Positions 22,254 through 32,511 of a stretch of DNA of 64,000 nucleotides are shown here, piece after piece (within the stretch, counting starts at the first letter, position 1; every line of letters begins with the position of its first letter). Both the position numbers and the translations under genes were made by a program. The notes under the pieces are model-generated. The model saw only the letters and a list, made by a program, of their open reading frames with translations, searched no databases and was not told where the DNA came from. The stretch lies in assembly GCA_965219575.1 (NCBI GenBank), contig OZ244779.1:1964769-2028768 (forward strand). Reading direction: 5' to 3'. Origin of the DNA: Candidatus Oxydemutatoraceae bacterium (GTDB lineage Bacteria > Pseudomonadota > Gammaproteobacteria > Poriferisulfidales > Oxydemutatoraceae).

Positions 22254-22410
22254 AGGCTGTTGAAAAAGTATCCACGAACCGTATGGGCGGACTTCATTAA
22301 ATTGCCGATTGATCGGGCGGACATGTTAGTCCGCCCCTACAGGTGGTTTGCGTAATTGGGTGGCGCAAGCGGTTGGATTTTTGCGATGCCAATACATTTT
22401 CAATAACCCC
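22254..22410. repeat. MITE-like composite repeat
   Basis: GGCTGTTGAAAAAGTA...TTTTCAATAACCCC with internal REP-like and half-hairpin units. Confidence 0.8.
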
Positions 22411-22422
22411 CAATAAATCGAC

Positions 22423-23529
22423 TTAACCGGCTTCGGCATCGCCTCGGGCAATGTGCAGGGTTTGGGTCGGGAATGCGATCTCGGCACCTTGTGCTTCGAT
22501 GATTTGGCTTACTTTGAGCAACGTATCCTGTTTAATTATTTGATAAGATGCCAAATCTTTGTGCTGGGTGAACGCATAAATTTTGATATTGACCGAAGAG
22601 TCGGCAAACTCGTTTAGGCTGACGACCAAGCCCTCCTCCTCGTCTATATCGGCGTGTTCGATCAGCATCTCTTCGATTTGCTTAACAATCGTAGGTATCT
22701 TGGCAATATCGCCGTAGCGCACGCCCACCACTTCATTGATGCGTCGGTGCGACATGCGCGAAGGATTTTCCAAAACTATGCTGGTGAACATAGAGTTAGG
22801 CACATAGAGCGGACATCTATCAAAGGTTCTGATTTGCGTCAACCGCCACCCAATGTTGACTACGGTACCTTCTATATCGCGATCCGATGAACGTATCCAG
22901 TCGCCTTCCTGAAAAGGGCGATCTAAATAAATCATCAGCCCACCGAAAAAGTTTGCCAACAGGTCTTTAGCGGCGAGACCGACGATCAGTCCGCCGACAC
23001 CGCCGAATGCCAAAACACCGGATAAGTTGTAACCCATAGTCTGCATCGTCAACAGCACTGCGGTAATAATCACCGAAATACGCAATAGTTTGTTGATTGC
23101 TCGACTGCTGGCAGCATCCAAGAACTTACCCTCATAGTCGGCTTTCCGCCCGACGATATGACGATCTATACCTTTTAGGAGCCTTATCGCAAACCATGCC
23201 AAAGCATAGATAATAAATAATGTGCTGACCTTGGATGCCAAATCAATATCGGATAAGACCTTCCAAACAGCCTCCGCTATATAGCTGATGCCGACCACCC
23301 AAATCAGTAATCTAATCGGTGGTTTGATGCTGTTCAGTATGATTTCATCCCACACCATCTTTGTCGTGTCGGCTTTTTTGACCAATGCCGTCATAAACAG
23401 GTTGACCAACCAGTTAAATAAAAGAAGAGCAAAAACAAAAATGAATACGACGATTATCAGCCATATCTGTGCACTGATCCCGGGAAGTAGTTCGTGCAAA
23501 TCGCCTACAAGCGTATTGATGTTTATCAT
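22423..23529 (-). CDS. Small-conductance mechanosensitive channel (MscS family)
   Basis: GLAAKDLLANFFGG, DRPFQEGDWI, EGTVVNIGWRLT, VPNS and EIAFPT motifs. Confidence 0.92.
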   Translation of the reverse strand: MININTLVGDLHELLPGISAQIWLIIVVFIFVFALLLFNWLVNLFMTALVKKADTTKMVWDEIILNSIKPPIRLLIWVVGISYIAEAVWKVLSDIDLASKVSTLFIIYALAWFAIRLLKGIDRHIVGRKADYEGKFLDAASSRAINKLLRISVIITAVLLTMQTMGYNLSGVLAFGGVGGLIVGLAAKDLLANFFGGLMIYLDRPFQEGDWIRSSDRDIEGTVVNIGWRLTQIRTFDRCPLYVPNSMFTSIVLENPSRMSHRRINEVVGVRYGDIAKIPTIVKQIEEMLIEHADIDEEEGLVVSLNEFADSSVNIKIYAFTQHKDLASYQIIKQDTLLKVSQIIEAQGAEIAFPTQTLHIARGDAEAG

Positions 23530-24587
23530 GATCGGGGGTTTTTATCCGCTCGGTTATTCAAGTCATTAAGCGTGGCAACCGCATTCTCGTAGGCTTTGGA
23601 ATCTCTAGGTATTCTATTGTGTATATGCGTATCTATCACGCCCAAATGCTCCGAGGATAAGCGGTTGTAGTGATTTATCTCGTCTTTGCTGAAGTCCGAT
23701 ATAAGTTGCTGCAATTCCGATACCCGGCGTCGACAAATCAATAATAAGTCGCATCCTGCATTCATCGCTTTTTTAAGCACGGCACTGTCGGCATTGCCAC
23801 TGCCGACCATATCCAAATCGTCGGTGCATACCATCCCGTCAAAACCCAGTTGCTCGCGTAACACGACCTTAATCCAATGCTCGGATAAACTCGCCGGCGT
23901 ATCGCAGACGGCTTCGTAGACGATATGCGATAGCATGATGCAATCCAGATATTTCTTTTTAACCATGTCGGCAAAAGGATACAGGTCGTGCGCCTCTATC
24001 TCGGACCGGGTCCTAGGATCACGAATTATATCGGTATGCGTGTCGCCGGGCACCGAACCGTGCCCGGGAAAATGCTTACCGCAAGCAGGCAAACTGCTAT
24101 TGTGCAGGCCGGTGACTACCGCCTTGCTAAGTTCTGTCACCGCTTCGGGGTCACTATGGAACGCACGCCCACCGATTACGCCGTCAAAATGCGCAATGTC
24201 CATTACCGGAAGATAACTCAAATCCACATTGATCTCGCGCATCTCGGAACCCACAATCACACCGTAAGCATAAGCTGCGTTTAATGCCGCAGCTTGATCT
24301 TCATCGTAATATCGCCCTATCTCTATCGGCATCGGCAGTCCGGTAAAACCTTTCTCAAATCGCTGCACCATGCGACATTCGTGGTCTACCGACACGATAA
24401 AACCCGGTTTGATGTTATGCAATGCTTCTATCAATTCGGTAATTTGCGATTTATCGTGATAGTTATGCCTAAACAAAATCACCCCGGCAACCGCCGGATG
24501 CTTCAAAAACTTTCGCTCCGCCGTTGATATCTCGACTCCGCCGATACCGACGATTAAAAAACCTGTTCTTTCTATAATACTATTCAT
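23526..24587 (-). CDS. nagZ: Beta-N-acetylhexosaminidase (GH3)
   Basis: GVILFRHN, VDHE, KHFPGHG(x)4DTH and TDDLDM motifs. Confidence 0.9.
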   Translation of the reverse strand: MNSIIERTGFLIVGIGGVEISTAERKFLKHPAVAGVILFRHNYHDKSQITELIEALHNIKPGFIVSVDHECRMVQRFEKGFTGLPMPIEIGRYYDEDQAAALNAAYAYGVIVGSEMREINVDLSYLPVMDIAHFDGVIGGRAFHSDPEAVTELSKAVVTGLHNSSLPACGKHFPGHGSVPGDTHTDIIRDPRTRSEIEAHDLYPFADMVKKKYLDCIMLSHIVYEAVCDTPASLSEHWIKVVLREQLGFDGMVCTDDLDMVGSGNADSAVLKKAMNAGCDLLLICRRRVSELQQLISDFSKDEINHYNRLSSEHLGVIDTHIHNRIPRDSKAYENAVATLNDLNNRADKNPRS

Positions 24588-25353
24588 AATATTCCTCTAT
24601 CAGTGCCATCATTCCCTCAAAGTTCAGCGTAGGAACGACGGATAAGTATTTGAGCGATGCGCCGGTTGCATAATTCCCGTTTGTTTGATCCGGCAAACAA
24701 ACACCACCGCCGGTTGCCAGCACCGGAATATTGCGAGTGAATTGCCTCTGCATTTCTCGCACGATGTGGGATATAGATGCCGTCAGTGTAAGCCTACACC
24801 CCGAAGCGATTGCGTCCTCGGTATTCGTCGCCGGAACACCAAGCAATCTATCCGTATCGTCAAAATAATTCAACTGCGCCGTACCTTCAGACAAACTAGA
24901 ACGCATCAAAACATCACTCGGTAAAATCACGCCGCCTTTATGCACCCCCTCGTCGTTTATCAAATCGATAGTCACCGCCGTTCCGAAATCCACCACGATA
25001 CATGCTTGCCTCAACCGCCGCCAAGCAGCAACCATTCCTGCCACGCGGTCAATGCCCAGTTGTGTTGCCTCGTAATCGCTCCTCAAGCCGCATACCGGCA
25101 TTTTTTTATCGAGCAAAATCGGGGTATGCCCAAAATACTGCGCAACCGCGTCGGCAACGGAACTATTGATGCTACGGCTTGCAACGCTAATCATATAAGC
25201 GACTTCGGGTGCCGCCGTTCCACATCTCTGCACAACATCGGACATCTCGCCCAAATCGTTCAAAGCCAATGCACCGCACAATTTAATGCGGTTATCCTCA
25301 ACGCAGGCGTATTTACAACGGCTGTTGCCTACATCTATCAATAATTCCATCAT
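24580..25353 (-). CDS. coaX: Type III pantothenate kinase
   Basis: LIDVGNSR, LGIDR, VDFGTAVTID and GGVILP motifs, adjacent to birA. Confidence 0.9.
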   Translation of the reverse strand: MMELLIDVGNSRCKYACVEDNRIKLCGALALNDLGEMSDVVQRCGTAAPEVAYMISVASRSINSSVADAVAQYFGHTPILLDKKMPVCGLRSDYEATQLGIDRVAGMVAAWRRLRQACIVVDFGTAVTIDLINDEGVHKGGVILPSDVLMRSSLSEGTAQLNYFDDTDRLLGVPATNTEDAIASGCRLTLTASISHIVREMQRQFTRNIPVLATGGGVCLPDQTNGNYATGASLKYLSVVPTLNFEGMMALIEEYYE

Positions 25354-26104
25354 TGCAAACGCTAATCTCCCCGTAATCATACGCATCTATCTGCCCGTCG
25401 CTATTGACGAGTAAATGCGCTTTTTTATCTACACCTAGTGCAACCCCGAGCGTTTTAGTCACTCGGTCGTCTATTTCGACGCTACGATTATACAATATAT
25501 CGAACGTCGCAAAACGCCGCTTGCGCTCGGCGATGTCAATCCGCTCATCGATTGCCAACGCCACATCGACCACCGAAGCGACCAAATCGGCATAAGCCGG
25601 CACGACGATGCCGGTTTGCTCCAAACCGATCCAATTGACATCGGTTTTCTTCGCCACATCCAAAGGTGTCGCAATATTCAAACCGATGCCTATCACCGCA
25701 GCGTTGCCGCGATACTCAAGCAGTATGCCTGCCAATTTCGCACCCTTATAATACAAATCATTCGGCCATTTAACACCAATCTCGGAAACTCCCAAGGCAT
25801 GCAACATCTCGGCTAAACGCACCGCAGTCATTAAAAGTAACCAACCGTCGTTTGTCATGCCGGGATTTGCCTGCCATGATACCGACAAATAGACACCGTT
25901 ATGGTCGGAACTCCAGCCCTTGGCACGGCGACCTCGTCCGGCATACTGCCGAGCGGCAACGCATAAATTAAATCGGGCTTTAGGCGGTAGCTTGCGAGAC
26001 AACAAATAATCGTTGGTGGATGAACATACATCCAATATGCAAACAGCCGATAGTCGTGATACCGATGAACGCTTGAGCGCATGAATGATATCCAAACTAA
26101 ACAT
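25313..26104 (-). CDS. birA: Biotin--acetyl-CoA-carboxylase ligase (no N-terminal HTH seen)
   Basis: SSTN, QYAGRGRR, KWPND, KLAGIL and GIGLN motifs. Confidence 0.9.
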   Translation of the reverse strand: MFSLDIIHALKRSSVSRLSAVCILDVCSSTNDYLLSRKLPPKARFNLCVAARQYAGRGRRAKGWSSDHNGVYLSVSWQANPGMTNDGWLLLMTAVRLAEMLHALGVSEIGVKWPNDLYYKGAKLAGILLEYRGNAAVIGIGLNIATPLDVAKKTDVNWIGLEQTGIVVPAYADLVASVVDVALAIDERIDIAERKRRFATFDILYNRSVEIDDRVTKTLGVALGVDKKAHLLVNSDGQIDAYDYGEISVCNDGIIDRCRQQPL

Positions 26105-26135
26105 TGTTCGTTATTATCGCATAGAATTGCGATTA

Positions 26136-29100
26136 CTATTGGAGGAGGCCTTCTAAAAATATTCTGACATGTATCCCAATGGTGAAAATCAATGGAGTAT
26201 AAATCTGTCCTTGTGAATAAACCGCCTCGCTATAACCTTGTCCGTCAATATAGCTTGCTTCCGTACGAAACCTGTTATCTCTTGCTAAAAAGGGAGAACT
26301 CGACATTACTAGATACGGTGTTCCAGTCGCTGCGGCGATGTCGTTCCAGTTCGCTTCCACAGAGCAATCTGCATTCGCTATGCAGACTTGCCATTGATAC
26401 ATCATAGCCCCACCGGGGTTGCCGTCGGGATCGCCGGACAATATCGTCGCCGTGAGTGTCGTCGCATCGCTTCCTACTTCTATCGAGGCACCTATAGTCG
26501 CAGAACCATTATTTACCTTATTCACCACCATCAAGGTCATACCTATCGTAGCGGTCGTCCCGTCGCTTACCACGACTTCTATGTTTACCGTCGTGTTGCT
26601 AGATGCCGCATCTACAAAGTTGGGGGGGACAACCCATGTTGCCGTGCTTTCATTCACATCGTTTAATATGCCGGTATTTATGCTCCAGCTATATGTCAAG
26701 TCGTCGTAGTTCGCATCGCTCGCAGTCACACCGGCATCAATATTTTGTGTATCGGCTGTCTCGTCTATCGTCTGCGTATCGGTGATACTTTCAATCACCG
26801 GGCTTTGGTTTGCAACCGTATATACATTGGATTGCGTCGTCACCGATTGGCCGATATTATCTACAACCGTTGCCTCTAGCCTATAACTCGTAGCAGCGGT
26901 TCGTGACGCTTTGGTATCGGGTATGGAATATTCATTCTCGGTTGCCCCGTCTATCAAGTTGTCGTTCATAAACCAGCGATAACTCGTGGTCGCAATACCG
27001 TTGGCATCGGCTACTAAACCGCTCGCACGTAGTAGCCATTTATTATCGTTATCCGCTGCGATGCGCAGCGCAGTCGGTGGCGCATCTATCAGTAGTGTGA
27101 ATGTGGCTTGCGTACTACCACCGCTGCCGTCATCGACCGACACGGTCACGATCGAGCCTGTTGTGTTTTGGCTGGCATTTGCATCGGTCGGCATGAATGT
27201 CCATATACCGGTCGCGGTGCTGAAGTTGTCAATCAAGCGACTACTCGGTTCTATTGCAATACTGTATGTCAATGCATCACCGTCGGCGTCTTCAAAAAAG
27301 TCACCGGTCTTTAGCTCGAATGGCTCTCCCACCGTTGCTATGATTCGCTCCGGCACCCGACCCGATACCAACTGCGGTGGTGTATTGACCTGCACCACAA
27401 TTTCTGTATTAGTACTTGCTCCTTTACGATCGGTTGCAGTGAATATAATCGTCGCCATACCTGCTTTATCACCGCCGAGCGTGAAGGTCATACGCGTATC
27501 CGCCGTTATATTGTCGGTGCGCCCCGGCACCACCGATACGATAGTCCGGCTTGACGACATCGCCACCAATGTGACAATATCGCCCAAATCAAAATTAGAG
27601 TCCGACAACAAAACGACTACATGTACGGTACTGCTCGGTTCTATCGCTTGCTCCGGTGAAGCGACAATTTCAAGCACCGGGACTTTGTTTGCTTCTACTT
27701 CTACCTCAAATTGTCTTGAGACCTCCGAGTTCGCTACACCTTTGCCGTCGTTTGCCGTCACCGTAATCATCGCAGTACCTACACCCACACCGATAATCTC
27801 AATCGTTCGGGTATCACCGTCGGTGGCAACAATCGTTGCAGCTGCAATCGTGCTATCGTCGGAGTCGATTTCTACACTCGGTTCATCTCCATCCACATCA
27901 CTTACTACTACGTTTAATGTGGTGCTATCACCTTCCAACAATGTGATCGATGGAGGAAAAGTAGTAGTAATCGTCGGTGTCGTGTTTGGTATTTCCCTCT
28001 GCCCGGGTAATAAGCTACCACAATCAGGTAATGGGGTGCCCGGATCCGCATCGCAGGCAGGGTTGCCGATATTATCACCCAGAGCGTATTTAACCGCCGG
28101 GTATTGTTCGTCGGTGCCGAAATCCCATGCCTCGAGACTCCAACTACTATATATCCCGGTTGCCGTCGTCGGTGATTTGAGTGCCTCGGCGGTTTGTGTT
28201 ACCTGTATAGGAACCCCGGTACCTCGATTTCCTATCGCATAGCTATTCGTGATGGTGCCTGAATCTGTATTTATACCGACCAAACCCCCTACTTTATCGT
28301 TCCCGTTAACATTTCCCATCGCATAGCTATTCGTGATGGTGCCTGAATCTTCATTTATGCCGACTAAACCCCCTATTTCATCGTTCCCGCTAACATTTCC
28401 CGTCGCATAGCTATTCGTGATAGTGCCTAAATTTGTATTTATACCGACTAATCCCCCTACTTCATCGTTACCGCTAACATTTCCCGTCGCATAGCTATTC
28501 GTGATAGTGCCTAAATTTGTATTTATACCGACTAATCCCCCTGTACCGTAAGAAGTAGACCCTATAAAATTTACCGTCGCATAGCTATGTATGATGGCAC
28601 CATGATTCCGACCAACTAGACCACCTAAATTCAACAGACCTCCTGTAACATCTCCTGTTGCATGGCTGTTTGTTATGATGCCTCGATTCCAACCGACTAA
28701 ACCACCTACTATCCCTTGTCCTTCAATGTCTATGTTTAGCAAACCTAGATTAGTAATTTCAGCCTCGGATTCGGTAATACCGAACAAGCCTACTCCATTC
28801 AAGCGATTTTTGTTGATCATCAGATTGGAGATGGTGTAGCCGTTGCCCTCAAATGTTGCAGCAAAAGAAGCAACAGAAGAATTCCCAATCGGTTGCCAGC
28901 CGCTGCCGGCCGTCCAGGCCATTTTATTGGCTATTGTGCGGTAGCTATCGTTATCCATGAAATCCAAGCTCCGTGTTAGTTCGAAACCTCGGCATCCATC
29001 GAGAGGACAACCTGTCATTATTACCGTAGCATTTTCACTCGTCTTATAAGCTGTGCCATCCAAAACATGGCGCATTTCATCAACGCCTTCTAAGTCGCAG

Positions 29101-32100
29101 ATTTCTATCAAACCGTCGTTATCCTTATCAATATCCACAGCTCGAGCTACGCCGTCGTTATCGTCGGCAAATCTTAAGAAAAAAGTACATAACGGCAAAT
29201 TTACCTTAAACGATCCTACAATGCTATAAGAAACGGTACCGCTATCGGATTCGCCGACCGTGATGTCTAGTATAGTGTTGTTGCCTATGGTAATAGGGTT
29301 ACTTTCTCCATGACTACCCTTAGCGGAAAAATAATCAATAACCGGATTTTCTCCTTGTTTGACGATTTTAATCGTTGCATCGGGGTTATAAGCCGTCAAC
29401 CTCAGGACGATATTACGCGTGGTGCCGATAAGCGGAAGAAAGGTTATAACATAATGGGTCGTTGAAACCCCGAAAGTTGGATTCAATCTCGTGTCAACTG
29501 TTAATATCTCTAATTCTCTTAAACCCACGCCCTGACTCGGAAACAAAGTGTTGCTATCGGCATCTTTGAGTATCGGGAATTGATCCGAAGTGCCGAAATC
29601 CCATACCTCGGTACTCCAGTTGCTATAGATCCCGGTTGCCGTCGTCGGTGATTTGAGTGCCTCGGCGGTTTGTGTTACCTGTATAGGAACCCCGGTACCT
29701 CGATTTCCTATCGCATAGCTGTTTGTTATTGTAGCAACGGAATCATTCAACCCGGCTAAACCACCTATGTTTTGTCTCCCGTTAACATTTCCGGTCGCAT
29801 AGCTGTTCGTGATGGTGCCTGAATCTGTATTTATACCGACCAACCCCCCTACTTTATCGTTCCCGTTAACATTTCCCGTCGCATAGCTATTCGTGATAGT
29901 GCCTAAAACCGTATTTATACCGACTAGACCGCCTATTTCATCGTTCCCATTAACATTTCCCGTCGCATAACTATTCGTGATAGAACCTAAAACCGTATTT
30001 ATACCGACTAGACCGCCTATTTCATCGTTCCCGTTAACATTTCCCGTCGCATAACTATTCGTGATAGTGCCTAAATTTGTGTTTATACCGACTAAACCAC
30101 CTGTACTGTCAAAAGTAGACCCGGTAAAATTTACTTTCGCATAGCTATGTGTGATGGCACCATGATTTTGACCGACTAGACCGCCTAAATTCAACAGACC
30201 CTCTGTAACATCTCCTGTTGCATAGCTGTTTGTTATAGTGCCTTGATTCCAACCGACTAAACCTCCTACCACATTTTGCCCTTCAATGTCTACGTTTAGC
30301 AAACCCAGATTAGTAATTTCAGCCTCGGATTCGGTAATACCGAACAAGCCTACTTCATTCAAGCGATCTTTGTTGATCGTCAGATTGGAGATCGTATAGC
30401 CGTTGCCTTCAAATGCTGCATCAAAAGCAGCAACAGAAGAATTCCCAATCGGTTGCCAGCCGTGGTCGGTCGTCCAGGCCGTTTTATTGGCTATTGTACG
30501 GTAGCTATCGTTATCCATGAAGTCCAAGCTTCGTGTTAATTCGAAACCTCGGCATCCATCGGGGGGACAGCCTGTCATTATTATCGGAATACTATCACTC
30601 ATCTTATAACCGGTGCCATCCAAGGCATAGCGCATTTCATCAACACCTTCCAAGTCGCAGATTTCTATCAAACCGTCGTTATCCTTATCAATATCCGTGT
30701 CTTCAAATATGCCGTCGTTATCGTCGGCAAATCTTAACGAAGTAGTACATAACGGCAGATCCATTGCTAACGACGCAACGATGCTATAAGAAATGATACT
30801 GCCATCGGATTCGCCGACCGTGATGTTCAGCATGGTGTTGTCGCCTATGGCGATAGGGTTGCTTGTGCCGCTGCCGCCCTTGCCGACAAAATAATCAATA
30901 GCGGGGTCCTCTCCTTGTTTGACGATTTCAATCGTCGCATCGGGGTGATAGGTTCTCAATCTCAAAACGATGCTCGGCGTGGTGCCGATAAGCGGGAAAA
31001 AAGCTATAACATAATGGGTCGTTGAAACCCCGAAAGTCGGACTCAATGTCATGCCGACTGTTAATAATTCCAGTTCTCTTAACCCCACGCCCTGATTCGG
31101 CAACAAAGTGTTGCTATCCGCATCTTTGAGTACCGGGAATTGATCCGAAGTGCCGAAGTCCCATACCTCGGTACTCCAGTTGCTATAGATCCCGGTTGCC
31201 GTCGTCGGTGATTTGAGTGCCTCGGCGGTTTGTCTTACCTGTATAGGAACCCTGCTAATTGCCCGTCCCGTCGCATAGCTGTTCGTTATTGTGGCACCGA
31301 GACTATTTCGCCCGACTAAACCACCTATATTAGGAACTGCTTGAAATGGATTATCGTCACGAGTGTTGATCTCCGGAACAGAACCTATCGCATAGCTGTT
31401 TGTTATTGTAGCAACGGAATCATTCAACCCGGCTAAACCACCTATGTTTTGTTTCCCGTTAACATTTCCGGTCGCATAGCTGTTCGTAACGGCACCTCGA
31501 TTCAACCCGACTAAACCCCCTATTTCATCGTTACCGTTAACATTTCCGGTCGCATAACTGCTCGTGATAATGCCTGAATCTGTATTTGTACCGACTAAAC
31601 CCCCTATCTCATCGTTACCGCCAACATTTCCGGTCGCATAGCTATGTGTGATGGCACCATGATTCCGACCGACTAAACCTCCTACTATATTTTGTCCTTC
31701 AATGTCTATGTTTAGCAAACCCAGATTAGTAATTTCAGCCTCGGATTCGGTAATACCGAACAAGCCTACTCCATTCAAGCGATCTTTGTTGATCGTCAGG
31801 TTGGAGATGGTGTAGCCGTTGCCTTCAAATGTTGCACCAAAAGAAGCAACAGAAGAATTCCCAATCGGTTGCCAGTCTTGGTCGGTCGTCCAGGCCGTTT
31901 TATTAGCTATTGTGCGGTAGCTATCGTTATCCATGAAGTCCAAGCTCCGTGTTAGTTCGAAACCTCGGCATCCATCGGGGGGACAGCCTGTCATTATTAT
32001 CGGAATACTATCACTCATCTTATAACCGGTGCCATCCAAGGCATAGCGCATTTCATCAATACCTTCCAAGTCGCAGATTTCTATCAAGCCGTTGTTATCT

Positions 32101-32288
32101 TTATCAATATCCACAGCTCGAGCTACGCCGTCGTTATCGTCGGGAAAGTTTATCGAAGTAGTACACGAAGGCAAAGTTATTTGCGCCGATACAACTTGCA
32201 AGCCCCCGAGCGCAAGTAAAAAAACGATATAGAGAAAACGGCCGATTTTGTTCGGGATGCTATCCGATTTTGCCGGCTTAAATTTCAT
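26136..32288 (-). CDS. Giant secreted GLUG-repeat/cadherin-Ig protein with C-terminal IFLEG tail
   Basis: Signal peptide ...VVSA|Q, three GLUG modules each led by DKDNxGLIEIC, Ig-like D-x-DGD repeats, ends TIGIHVRIFLEGLLQ. Confidence 0.85.
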   Translation of the reverse strand: MKFKPAKSDSIPNKIGRFLYIVFLLALGGLQVVSAQITLPSCTTSINFPDDNDGVARAVDIDKDNNGLIEICDLEGIDEMRYALDGTGYKMSDSIPIIMTGCPPDGCRGFELTRSLDFMDNDSYRTIANKTAWTTDQDWQPIGNSSVASFGATFEGNGYTISNLTINKDRLNGVGLFGITESEAEITNLGLLNIDIEGQNIVGGLVGRNHGAITHSYATGNVGGNDEIGGLVGTNTDSGIITSSYATGNVNGNDEIGGLVGLNRGAVTNSYATGNVNGKQNIGGLAGLNDSVATITNSYAIGSVPEINTRDDNPFQAVPNIGGLVGRNSLGATITNSYATGRAISRVPIQVRQTAEALKSPTTATGIYSNWSTEVWDFGTSDQFPVLKDADSNTLLPNQGVGLRELELLTVGMTLSPTFGVSTTHYVIAFFPLIGTTPSIVLRLRTYHPDATIEIVKQGEDPAIDYFVGKGGSGTSNPIAIGDNTMLNITVGESDGSIISYSIVASLAMDLPLCTTSLRFADDNDGIFEDTDIDKDNDGLIEICDLEGVDEMRYALDGTGYKMSDSIPIIMTGCPPDGCRGFELTRSLDFMDNDSYRTIANKTAWTTDHGWQPIGNSSVAAFDAAFEGNGYTISNLTINKDRLNEVGLFGITESEAEITNLGLLNVDIEGQNVVGGLVGWNQGTITNSYATGDVTEGLLNLGGLVGQNHGAITHSYAKVNFTGSTFDSTGGLVGINTNLGTITNSYATGNVNGNDEIGGLVGINTVLGSITNSYATGNVNGNDEIGGLVGINTVLGTITNSYATGNVNGNDKVGGLVGINTDSGTITNSYATGNVNGRQNIGGLAGLNDSVATITNSYAIGNRGTGVPIQVTQTAEALKSPTTATGIYSNWSTEVWDFGTSDQFPILKDADSNTLFPSQGVGLRELEILTVDTRLNPTFGVSTTHYVITFLPLIGTTRNIVLRLTAYNPDATIKIVKQGENPVIDYFSAKGSHGESNPITIGNNTILDITVGESDSGTVSYSIVGSFKVNLPLCTFFLRFADDNDGVARAVDIDKDNDGLIEICDLEGVDEMRHVLDGTAYKTSENATVIMTGCPLDGCRGFELTRSLDFMDNDSYRTIANKMAWTAGSGWQPIGNSSVASFAATFEGNGYTISNLMINKNRLNGVGLFGITESEAEITNLGLLNIDIEGQGIVGGLVGWNRGIITNSHATGDVTGGLLNLGGLVGRNHGAIIHSYATVNFIGSTSYGTGGLVGINTNLGTITNSYATGNVSGNDEVGGLVGINTNLGTITNSYATGNVSGNDEIGGLVGINEDSGTITNSYAMGNVNGNDKVGGLVGINTDSGTITNSYAIGNRGTGVPIQVTQTAEALKSPTTATGIYSSWSLEAWDFGTDEQYPAVKYALGDNIGNPACDADPGTPLPDCGSLLPGQREIPNTTPTITTTFPPSITLLEGDSTTLNVVVSDVDGDEPSVEIDSDDSTIAAATIVATDGDTRTIEIIGVGVGTAMITVTANDGKGVANSEVSRQFEVEVEANKVPVLEIVASPEQAIEPSSTVHVVVLLSDSNFDLGDIVTLVAMSSSRTIVSVVPGRTDNITADTRMTFTLGGDKAGMATIIFTATDRKGASTNTEIVVQVNTPPQLVSGRVPERIIATVGEPFELKTGDFFEDADGDALTYSIAIEPSSRLIDNFSTATGIWTFMPTDANASQNTTGSIVTVSVDDGSGGSTQATFTLLIDAPPTALRIAADNDNKWLLRASGLVADANGIATTSYRWFMNDNLIDGATENEYSIPDTKASRTAATSYRLEATVVDNIGQSVTTQSNVYTVANQSPVIESITDTQTIDETADTQNIDAGVTASDANYDDLTYSWSINTGILNDVNESTATWVVPPNFVDAASSNTTVNIEVVVSDGTTATIGMTLMVVNKVNNGSATIGASIEVGSDATTLTATILSGDPDGNPGGAMMYQWQVCIANADCSVEANWNDIAAATGTPYLVMSSSPFLARDNRFRTEASYIDGQGYSEAVYSQGQIYTPLIFTIGIHVRIFLEGLLQ

Positions 32289-32511
32289 GACCTCCCCCCT
32301 TTCGGTCTAAAACTTAGATGAGATTTTTATTATATCATTTCCTTCTCCGATACCAATAAATCTTAAATCGTAAGGGCCGACCATTCCCTTTCATAGGAAG
32401 GAAATGGTCCACCACCATAGGTAGTTTGCAAATATAATTATGGTAAACGGCAGTGGGATTGTAGATCGGCGACGATTAACTGATATACTGCTATTTTTTG
32501 AAACGCGAACG

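Noticed and set aside
26986-28242. Long antisense ORFs over the GLUG/Ig, effector and coiled-coil genes (also 44668..45303, 59860..60381, 57058..57627)
   Set aside because: They are shadow frames of repetitive or biased coding sequence with no recognisable motifs.
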